Origin: Candidatus Latescibacterota bacterium
Lineage (GTDB): Bacteria; Krumholzibacteriota; Krumholzibacteriia; WVZY01
Assembly: GCA_963791045.1 (NCBI GenBank)
Contig: CAWBQK010000018.1
Span: forward strand, 32,001-96,000
DNA length: 64,000 nucleotides
Direction of reading: 5' to 3'
The position numbers and the translations under genes were made by a program. Shown here piece by piece: positions 42,001 through 51,617 of the stretch (position 1 is its first letter; every line of letters starts with the position of its first letter). The notes beneath the pieces are model-generated. The model made no database searches and was not told where the DNA came from. It saw only the letters and a program-made list of their open reading frames with translations.

Positions 42001-45000
42001 GGGCACGAATACCGTGTTGGCCGTCGCCGAAATGACATGGTTGATATACCCTGGTTGGATGTATCCGACGGCCTTGCTCCCGTTCAACGGATGGATCCCG
42101 ATATAATAATCGCCATCGGGGAGACCGATAAATGTGTAGCTGCCGTCGTGCGGAAGCGTGTACTCGCACGCCACGGTATCCTCGTCCGCCGCGTCGATCG
42201 CGAACACCGCCGCACCGGCGAGAGGTCCGCCTGTGTAGCCATCCGTGATAACGCCGCTCAAACGGCTCGCCGCGGCGATGTCGGCCGTGGTTCCGTATGC
42301 TTTGAAGAGTGTGATTTTATCCTCGGTGGCGAGTGTCGCCGCCGCGGTGTCGGGCGGGAGGACAAAGTACATCGTCGAGGATAGCACTGCCGAGTGGGAC
42401 AGCCCGAATACATGGCCCGCCTCGTGGGTGGCCACCGCGTCGATGAGCGTGCCTTCGGCCGGGCCGGCGGATTCGGTCCTGAAGCTTTTGCTTCTGTTGA
42501 AGATCATATCCGAATCGCAAATTTGTCCTATGCGGTACCATTCGTTATTGAACACCGTCGGTTCGGTGAACGACGTGGTGATTCCCACGGCGAGAACGCC
42601 GAGACCGAAATGAAACTCAGTGTCCTCGAATGTAACGAGGTTGATCCCGTCCATCGCGTCGGCGTTCTTCTGCGGCGTGGTGCCGCCGTAGACCACCGTT
42701 GCGTCGGTTCCCGGTATGAGCGTCCATGCGTTCATTGCGTTTTGTATCGCCGTGAAATCGCTCCCGTCGAGGATGCCGGGCGCCCCGTCTTCGTTTATGT
42801 AGTACGTTATCGGAAAGTCGGGACGTTCCCAGTACTCGACGTGACGTCCGCCGGCGCCCTCGTCGATGCAGCCGTCGCCGTCGCTGTCGAAGTTGAGCGC
42901 GCTTTCAAACGGACACAGATCTTCCGGATCGGGAACGCCGTCATCGTCGGAGTCCCAATCGCTCACACTGTAATTGACGCTTGCCGTGTTGTTCGCCTCA
43001 TCGGATTCGTCGATGATCGAGAGCGCGTCGGCGGTCGCCGTCGCGGTGAAGCTTCCGATGTAAGGGAAGTTGTCGATGCGCGTGACCACAACCGACTCGC
43101 CGCCCTGGATGTAGTCCTGATACTTCATGAGGAAAGCGTCCTCGCCGCCGCCTCCGGACTCCCCGGGGAGAATTCCCGATGTTTGTCCGGCGACAAAGAG
43201 TCCCTCGTTCGACGCCGCGACGCCTGTTAGCTTGTCGTGCGTCGTCGTCCCGACAATCTCCGTCATGAGTTCGCTGCCGTCGAAATCATACCGGCGAACA
43301 AACCCGTCGTTGCCGCCCAGGGGGGCGTGTCCGGGAAGGTTCGATCCGACGTATCCGACGACGACGAGGGTCAGGTCCTCGATCGCGAAATCAAGACCGT
43401 GGTCGATGAGAGATGATCCGAACTGGCGGATCCAGACGATTTCGCCGAAGCGGTCGATACGGGCAACATACGTGTCCGACAGCCCCGCCGAGGTGTTGCC
43501 GGGGAGGGTGTTCTGTGTGTTGCCGATCACATAGACGGCGGATGGGTGGACTTCGATCTTGGTCACGTTGTCCCAGTTCGCGCCGCCGAACTGCATCGTC
43601 CAGATCTCGTTGCCGTCCAGGTCGCATCGGCGGACATACGCGTCCTCAGCGCCTTCGTGCGTCTCACCGGCAAACGCGAAATCGACGCAGCCGCCCATAT
43701 AGATCCCCGACGCGTCCGCGGTAACGTCATATGGATACTCATAACCAGGTTGGTCAAACACCTGGGTCCACACAACATTGCCGGCAACGTCATATTTCTT
43801 GAGAAACGCGTTTGTGGATCCGTAGTCGCCGCTTCCGTCGTGGGTGTGGCCGAACACATAAAGGGCGTTGTCGTACAGACAGAGCCCGGCGGCATTGTCG
43901 ACTCCCGAGAGCGAACCGAATTCGTCGGTCCAGAGTTCGGTGCCGTCGAGGTCGTATTTTCTCACCCATGCGTCGCTGTAGCCTGATCCGTGGGTCTGAC
44001 CGGGCAGGTCACCCCAGACCTCACCGCACGTGTAGACGCCCGTGTCATCGACGGCGATGCCCATGCCGCGGAGTTCGTCGCCGGTGCCGCCAAACTGGCG
44101 GGTCCAGACAATGTTCCCGGCGTAGTCGAATTTCGTGAGAAAGTAGTCCGCCTGGCCGTAGTTGGTCTCGGCGGGGAAGGCGCCTTCGGTTCTCCCGATG
44201 ACATAGACGCCGCTTGTGTGACAGGCCACCAGGCCGCCCGTGTCCATCGCGTCGGTTCCGAACTGGGTCGCCCAGACGTCGGAGGGGAATGGGAGGTTCT
44301 CGCCCTCGACCTCATCGGCGATTTTGAAGTTCAATGTTGTCGAACGGATGGGGATGGTGGTGCTGTTCAACACCGTCGCGTCGAAGGTGATGGTGTCGTT
44401 GTCCGTCGGGTTGAGCGGCGTTCGTGTAATGCTGGTGATCTCGAGGTCGGGCTTGTCCAACTCCGCGACTCCAATCAGCACGGAGGAAGTGTTGTTGTTC
44501 TCAACGCTCTCACTCACCTCATCATCGTAATCCACGCCAATCATATTGTTATAGAGTCCCTCGGTCGGGATGTTCTCGAATCGGGTGAATGAAATTGTCT
44601 CGCCCGGCTGGATGAGATCTTCAATCTTTTGAATGAATGCGTTGGTTGTGTCTCCAGGGACACCGGGCTGATCGTTGAGGAATCCACGTGCCCCGGCGAC
44701 ATAGATACCAGAGTTGTCTACGGCCACCGCGTAGGCCGCTTCGTTGTGTTCGGTGCCGAATTGTTGGGTATTCCGCAGTGTTCCGTCGGGGTCGTATCGG
44801 CGGATAAAGCCGTCGATGCGGCCGTAGGCTGTCTGGCCGGGAAGCGGGTAGAGCAATCCGGAGATGCCCACGCGGCCGCTCGCCACGATACATTCGTTGA
44901 AGAATGTCAGGTCGGTGATATGGTCCCATCCGTTGGTGCCGAACTCATCCGTCCACAGGAGGTTGCCGTCACGATCATACTTGCGGATAAACGCGTCGGT

Positions 45001-47214
45001 ATCGCCGGGAAACGCGCCCCCGCAGTAACCGGCGATGTAGACGCCTTGCATGTCGATGGCGATAGCCGTTGGTTGATCGGGACCGTCGGTGCCGAATTGG
45101 TAGAGCCACTCGGGCGGTGTCACCGATTTTTGCACAAATATGTCATAGTCTCCGGAACTTGTTTGTCCGTCAAAGGCTCCGTTTGTGAATCCGACCACGT
45201 ATGAAAAACCGGTCTCGTCACGAATCCACTCTATGGCTGCGTCTTCGCCCGCCGTACCAACTTGCCATGTGTTCCCTTGTAAACCCTCGGGGCTGAAGAG
45301 CGCAAAAAACGCGTCGCTGCCGCCGACGCTTGTTTGGCCGGGTAACGTCCCTGCGGTCTGCCCGCAGACACTGATATGGCCGTCCCGAGTTGAAATCCCG
45401 AACGCCACATCGGTCGTCGTAGTTCCAAATTGACGGGTCCATAACTCGTCGCCGTCGAAGTCATATTTTCGGACGTACGCGTCACCACCGCCGAGATACG
45501 GCTGACCGGACAACGAACCGGAAACTCCTCCACAAACATAAATGCCGAGGGCGTCCGCGCAGATATTGTGCGCGTACCCGACATTGCCCGTGCCTCCGTA
45601 CTGATCCGTCCACACAAGATTCTCGTTGAGGTCATATTTCTGGACAAATACATCCCAGTCTCCGGTGTTGGAAAAACCGGGGAATGTCCCCTTGGTTCTT
45701 CCTACGACATAGAGGAAGTCTTCGAAAATGATTGCTTTCAGGATATAGGTCTCGTCGCCCGCGTCAAATTCGTGGGCCCATGTGCCGCCTTCGGGTATTT
45801 TGAATTGCTTCGCATCGTTGCCGACATACCAGTTCATGGTCGACGCCCAGGCGGGCGCCTGACCGGTGTTGGCAATTGTCGCGTCGAAACGAATGAGGTC
45901 GGCGGTTGTGGCGGCCAGCTCTGCTGACGATTCGTATTGTTGAACCGTCAGGTCCGGCTTTGGCGCGGGGTCAACTATCTGTTCTGTGGCCCAGATCGAA
46001 ACATTGTCAAACATTGGCGCCGCTGTGTGGGTGAGTCCGGAGCCATATGTGCCCGCCCAGGCATAAAACATATCTTTTGCGACAAGTCGAATGCGCATCC
46101 GTGCGGCGCCGGGGGCAATGAGATCGGTCAAATCGTACCCAAAATTTCTGAAGCCCCCGGCCGAATATGAGATGCCAGAGGTTCTTTTCCACGCCCCGCC
46201 TTCCTCCACCGGCGGGGCTGCCACCTCATAATCGAAAAAGACAAGGTTGTCGAGCGGAAGGTTTGCGTATACGTCAAATCTGAGGGTCAAAGAAGATACA
46301 TCGGTCGGAATGTCTATCACCGGTGACTGGATTCCAATTTTGATGTGGTCGCGTTCCGGGTCGAAGGGAAAGACGCCGGTAACGGGGTCGTAGGCCACCC
46401 ATGACCAGGTTCTGTCGGGGCAAGGCAACGAAACTTCACAGGCCGGTGTCGCTTCCAGACGGTAATCATAGTGGGATGGAGGCGGATACACGGATGGAAT
46501 CCACCCGTCCTCACCCGTCTCGAACGTATCGGCCGCGTATCCCGTGACCTGGACGCGGTCAAGCCGCGCCGCCCCGTTGGAGTCCCATTGTCCGTCCAAG
46601 TCGCTCCATGCGCCGTCGGTATTGACAATAAAGCGGATTTCCACTGTCTGATTCTGATAATAGCTGATGTCGTGCGAATGGTTGACAAATCCGCCCGAGA
46701 TGCCATCGTAGGATGCGAGAACGACCCACGTTTCAAAATTGTCATTCGACACTTCGACATAGGTATAGTCGTAGCCCGGTTCGGTGTCGTACTGGATGTC
46801 ATATTCGAGTGTGATTGGGCCTGTCCCCAGGTCGAACGTCTTATAGACGTACTGTTTCCAATCGTTTCCGTAGCCCGGCGGAGTATCGAGCCAGATCGCG
46901 TCGGTGCCACACCACATTACACCTTTGTTGATGAGGCCGTCCTGATAGAAGGCGTGGTGCCAGAACGTGTCCTCCTGCGCAAGACCGTTGAAGGTGGCCC
47001 AACCGGCCGCGTCTTCGTAGAAGTCCTCGAAATAAACCCGATGAGAATTCGGAGTTGATGCGAGGTTTCCGCCGAATTGCGATTCTTCGACGGGCGTGGG
47101 CGGCGCCGGTTCCTTTGCATAGGTTGTTGAACCGATTGCACAGCACACGAATAGAAGAACCGCCAGACCGACTGTCCATCGTTTAACAGAGATATTGTTG
47201 TTATGACGTTTCAT
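36084..47214 (-). CDS. Giant (~3,700 aa) secreted multidomain matrixin-type metalloprotease/adhesin with T9SS-like CTD; +1 frameshift near 41095-41104
   Basis: Joins ORFs 40936..47265 and 36084..41120 (DAT[P/S][A/G]GNRVY). Signal peptide, immune-inhibitor-A-like beta-sandwich, two CARDB plus propeller units, TSP3-like DSDDDGVPD, HEAGHVFGLSH with Met-turn STMY, Ig-like and IPT/TIG domains, three YVTN-like propellers. CTD QNYPNPFNP...ASGVYFYKL...RKMVILK. Confidence 0.82.
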
Positions 47215-47236
47215 GACCATTAACCCCCCCAAAGGT

Positions 47237-47794
47237 CTAGCGGCGGCCGAGCGCCTGGTCGACAAAAGTATCGACGGTTACTTTCTGTGATTTAGTCGGC
47301 CGTTTGATCCCGTCAGCGCCGGAGGCGCCGACGAGCTCGACCCCGTCGAGCGGGGGCGAATCGACATAGGCGACGCCGGTATCGTGGTCGCGTTCGATGT
47401 GGAATTTTCCCTGCGAAAAACCGGTCACCCGGAAGTCGCCAGTATCCTGGCGTTCGGCAAAGAGGAGCACCTCTTCGCCCGGCGCCCACTGGAGGGCCCC
47501 GTGGACGGTGACGCGGACGTTATCGACCACGCCCCCGAGCTGGATGATATCCACCACAGGTTCGTCAACGCCCTTGTAGGTCTCGTCGACACCCACGCGT
47601 GTTCGCGTAAATATCTTGGAGTGGTCGTCGTTCCAGTAGGAATCGACACTGACGACCTTTCCACGGACGACGAGTGATGATTGTTGGCCAAGCTGCTGTG
47701 GGCTTTGGTAGAGAATCTGAGTGGCAAATGCGGTGGATGCGATCAATACAAACGAAAGGCAGAAGAGAATAACTCTTCTAGAGCGGCGTTCCAT
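47237..47794 (-). CDS. Small exported protein with TIMP/NTR-like OB-fold pattern
   Basis: G-rich RBS before ATG 47794. Signal peptide (AFA). Motif S..QL...SSLVVRGKV..V.S.W....IFT...V.VDETYKG...QLGG.V....V.V.G...W..GEEVLLF...V.GFSQGKF. Confidence 0.65.
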   Translation of the reverse strand: MERRSRRVILFCLSFVLIASTAFATQILYQSPQQLGQQSSLVVRGKVVSVDSYWNDDHSKIFTRTRVGVDETYKGVDEPVVDIIQLGGVVDNVRVTVHGALQWAPGEEVLLFAERQDTGDFRVTGFSQGKFHIERDHDTGVAYVDSPPLDGVELVGASGADGIKRPTKSQKVTVDTFVDQALGRR

Positions 47795-47984
47795 GTGGAT
47801 CCCCCCTTGGAATGGCATGGTGTGCGAGGACTTGAGTGTCATCGCACGTGAACTGGATTGAAAAACGTGTAACTGTGCGGGTGCAACAACACCAGCAGGA
47901 TGGAATCGAGGCGCGGCTCCGCGAGAAGGCGGAGCAAAGAAGTATGGTTGAGTCCCCCACGTTACCCCCCAGGAAACGAATGCA

Positions 47985-50900
47985 TCACCAGGGCGACTTT
48001 TCGAGCCCGATGACAACAAACGGGGACCAATAGAAAGGATGTGCGTAACGCGAATCATCCAGCATCACAAGCCGTGCCTCGTTCAAAGCGCGGCTGGCGG
48101 GACGCTTTTTGCGCAACATGCGCTCGTAGAATTCACCCATCAAAATTGCGGTCGATTCATCGGATACCGGCCACAGGCTGGCGACGATTCCCGGCGTTCC
48201 CGATGCGAGAAACGCCCTGCTCAATCCCACGACGCCCTCGCCGCGACCGATCCGGCCGCGGGCCGATTCGCAAGCGGACAACACAACGATACCCGCGTCG
48301 GTATTGAGCGAGAGGATTTCGAGAGTGTGGAGATAGCCGTCTTCCACACCCGCGGGGTCGGGGCACAACGCGATATTCGATGCGGCCGGTTCGACGGGAT
48401 CGATGATACCGTGTGTCGCGAGATGGATGACGCGAACCGACCCGCCTCTTATCTGTTCTTTGAAGACCGCTTCGTTGGCGTCCGCGCCGAATCGGACGGT
48501 TTTTTCTTTGTCATCAAGGGAAGCGCTTATGTTTTGTACCTCACCGCGGGTATGGGGAAGCGGCTCGAGTGTGTTTGTCGCGCCGGCCGCATCCTGGAAG
48601 AGGGAGTAGTCCGGATCGCCCATCGCGAGGAGTTCCGAATCGTATTTTTTCTTTTTGTTTGATTCTTTCAAATTCAGATAGATGGAGGCCGATGGCGCGT
48701 ATGTGACGGAGTGGGTCCTGGCGAGGAAGGGAAGTTCCTGCCACTGTGTCGAATTGCCGGCCACGTCGTCGAGCAACGCTTCGAAGGGCAGCTCGAAGAG
48801 TATTCCATCCGGGATGATTATGAGTTCACGGGAATTGGCGAGACGATCGCCGGCCGGGGCGACGAGTACTTCGTAGAGGTGGTGTGCCGACTCTCGAAGC
48901 GCGTCATCGCCCAGGCCGGGGCGGGAAATCGCGTCCCTGAATCGGATGATTTCTTCGCGTAGTACGGTTCGGTTTGGGATCTGGTAGAGATCGCAGCCTT
49001 TTCTGTCTATCGCCCACATCAGGGACGTGGTGTCGCCGAGAGCGTATGCGAGAAGTGTCGTTCGCTTGGATAGCTTGTCGCGCAGACAGTCGGGTTCGGC
49101 AATAACGGCTGCCGCCGGCGCCAGACCCGATACGGAGGCCTGAACGCGCTCGTCTCTCAAGGAGGCATAACGGTTCTTCAAGTCGCTCTCCCGCTGAGCG
49201 TAATCCGGCGCGTCCGGATCGAGCTGGTAGAGCGAGTCAATGAGCGCCTCTTCGGCCGCAGTATGCTCGGCGAGAACCGATGTTCGCATCAGGTCGAGGA
49301 GCCCGCGCGCCTTGGCCCTTTCGACGGTTTGAAACGCGTATGCCGACCAGATCCCTTCGGAATCCTCGCCGGCGAGTCCCGCGTAGAATCGCGCGACCTC
49401 TTCATAATAGAATCTGCGAACTCCCGCGAGATAACCGGTGCGAACCGACGTGTCGCCGATGTCTTTGCGCGTATCATCGAGAATTCCGAGCGCCCTTTGA
49501 TAATAAACATGCGCACTGTCCGGGTTTGATTTCTCGTAGCTGTGTCCCATCCCAAACGACCACGTCAGTGTCAGGTCGCCTTTGTTTATTTGCTCGATGT
49601 CAGTACTGATTCTGTCGAAAATAGTCCGGGCTTCATCGGGACGGCCGGCCACCACCAGGACATTGGCGATTCCGAGCTGGTCGATAAAGACGTTCGACTC
49701 CGGTCCTTCTATCCGGTCTTTTTCGAGCACGGCGGTCCAGATTTCAATAGCACGATCGTAATTGCCCCGATGACGCTCGAGTTCGGCGGCCAGCGTCGAA
49801 GCCTCCCGGGCCAGTTTGGGATTCTCGAGTTCAACGGCAAGCGCCGCGGCTTTATCGGCGTATGAGAGGCCGTTTTCAAACGCGCCAAGCTCTTGGAGCA
49901 GGTACCCCAGGTTGATATAAGCTTCGAGTTCAAACAACGGCATCTGGTGTTCCTGGCTGAGACGGACCAGAGCGAGAAGTTCGTCACGCGCGCGCTCGAG
50001 CTCGCCGATTCGGAGATACGTAATTCCGCAATTCCTGTGGTAGACGATTGATTGTTCGGCATCGGCATTGGAGACGAGAAGCCCCTTCACGGCATCGAGT
50101 TCCTTGAGGGCGTGGCCGTATCTATAAGCGTCCGCGTAGTTGAGGGCGAGGTTGTTGTGACAGATCATCCGGCGTATCGGATCATCCATTGTCACGGCGA
50201 TTTCAAGGGCCTCGCAGAGGGCCTTGTTCGAGTCCTCGATCCTCCCCATTTCGGCGTTCAAGCTGGCGATGCTTGTGAGGAGTTCGTACTGCTTGGCGGT
50301 GTTCCCGGTGCGGTTCACGACGGGGAGTGCGCGTTCGTAGGCGTCGCGCGCCTCGACGATTCGTCCCAGCGCGAGGTGGGTGTTTCCGAGATATGTGAGT
50401 GATGTGGCAAGGCCGCCGATGTCCCCCGTACGCTTGCGGATATCGATCGCTTGTGTATAGAAATCAAGGGCCGCCGCGTAGTTACCAAGCTGGTAATTGA
50501 CACTTCCCATCCCGTTGAGGGTTTTGCCCTCGAGGATCTTGTCGTCGATAGCTCGTCGTGCGGCGAGCGCGTGCCCGTATTGTTCGAGAACCCCGGGGAA
50601 GTCTCCCGCATACCAGTAGACCACGCCGAGACTGCCCCAAATCACCGCGACCGACCGGTCATCGCCGATCGATTCATGTAGGGTTTTTGCTTCGGTGAAA
50701 AGCGCGATTGAACGCTCAAAATCACCGGCATTTCTCACTTCGACGGCCTCTTGTTCAAGAGATTTTGCTTTCCGGCGGATTGCGCGCTGATCGGGGCTCC
50801 ACGACCTGCAGACTCTCGTAAATTTGAGCGGCGCTTCCGAGCCGCCGGTATCGTCGTGGATAGATGCCAATCGCTCGGCAAAGTCGAAGTTTTCGTTGGC

Positions 50901-51143
50901 CGCTTCGGTTTGTCCCTCATCGCCTATCTGTATCGCAACCTCGAGGAGTTGTCCAACGGCGGCTCCGACCAGGACCGAGTTGTCCCTCACGTAGCCGGCC
51001 AGGACGTCATCGCCGAACGTCGTTGCGATGGAGTCGGCTTCGACTATAAAACGCGTAACAGGATCGTCAGCGTGGGCTGGAAAAGTGAAAAAAAGAACAA
51101 ATATAGAGACAAGAATAGCGAGTACAGACCTGTTTGGACACAT
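47985..51143 (-). CDS. TPR-repeat + CHAT (caspase-like, clan CD) protease with N-terminal signal peptide
   Basis: Multiple TPRs (e.g. EGKTLNGMGSVNYQLGNYAAALDFYTQA). VERAKARGLLD, IIPDGILFELPFEAL, catalytic HLATHG and VVLSACES, ASLWPVSD, HPFYWSPF. Hydrophobic N-terminus ending AHA. Confidence 0.92.
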   Translation of the reverse strand: MCPNRSVLAILVSIFVLFFTFPAHADDPVTRFIVEADSIATTFGDDVLAGYVRDNSVLVGAAVGQLLEVAIQIGDEGQTEAANENFDFAERLASIHDDTGGSEAPLKFTRVCRSWSPDQRAIRRKAKSLEQEAVEVRNAGDFERSIALFTEAKTLHESIGDDRSVAVIWGSLGVVYWYAGDFPGVLEQYGHALAARRAIDDKILEGKTLNGMGSVNYQLGNYAAALDFYTQAIDIRKRTGDIGGLATSLTYLGNTHLALGRIVEARDAYERALPVVNRTGNTAKQYELLTSIASLNAEMGRIEDSNKALCEALEIAVTMDDPIRRMICHNNLALNYADAYRYGHALKELDAVKGLLVSNADAEQSIVYHRNCGITYLRIGELERARDELLALVRLSQEHQMPLFELEAYINLGYLLQELGAFENGLSYADKAAALAVELENPKLAREASTLAAELERHRGNYDRAIEIWTAVLEKDRIEGPESNVFIDQLGIANVLVVAGRPDEARTIFDRISTDIEQINKGDLTLTWSFGMGHSYEKSNPDSAHVYYQRALGILDDTRKDIGDTSVRTGYLAGVRRFYYEEVARFYAGLAGEDSEGIWSAYAFQTVERAKARGLLDLMRTSVLAEHTAAEEALIDSLYQLDPDAPDYAQRESDLKNRYASLRDERVQASVSGLAPAAAVIAEPDCLRDKLSKRTTLLAYALGDTTSLMWAIDRKGCDLYQIPNRTVLREEIIRFRDAISRPGLGDDALRESAHHLYEVLVAPAGDRLANSRELIIIPDGILFELPFEALLDDVAGNSTQWQELPFLARTHSVTYAPSASIYLNLKESNKKKKYDSELLAMGDPDYSLFQDAAGATNTLEPLPHTRGEVQNISASLDDKEKTVRFGADANEAVFKEQIRGGSVRVIHLATHGIIDPVEPAASNIALCPDPAGVEDGYLHTLEILSLNTDAGIVVLSACESARGRIGRGEGVVGLSRAFLASGTPGIVASLWPVSDESTAILMGEFYERMLRKKRPASRALNEARLVMLDDSRYAHPFYWSPFVVIGLEKSPW

Positions 51144-51617
51144 AGTTGCGACCGTCGGCTGAATTGCTGCTGACAATAATTAGTGAATATGTATTGGGAC
51201 TTTGCACAATGTGCTGCGGGTGCCGTGCTGTGTCCCCCCCCAACTGCTTGTAAATAGTCTAGCCCAGAATGGAATGTGCGTCAAGTGTTCCCTGAACACC
51301 CACGACGATTTGTCGGTGTCATTGCGGCGAGTTGATGCCGGTCAACGGGCAATTATGTTCGTCGCACGGTCGAGGATTGAAATGACCGGTTTTGAATCAT
51401 GATTTCACCGAGGTTTGTTCTTGATTTGAATCAATTAGGGATGATTCCGCCGCCCGGGACCGGTTGAATACGGCTTGAGACAGCGTGTACTAAGTGTCAG
51501 GTTCTCTGGTGCTTCCGAGATTGCTTTCAACATCCGATCTTTTTTGTTACGCTAGCTATCGAGGGTTGGATTCATCGACTGTGAACCGGGGCTGTAACGC
51601 CGCGACAGGTGGAATCA

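Noticed and set aside
47985-51143. TPR-CHAT as part of a type III-E CRISPR (Craspase) locus
   Set aside because: No CRISPR array, cas7-11, csx30/31 or sigma factor in the window, and the protein has a signal peptide.
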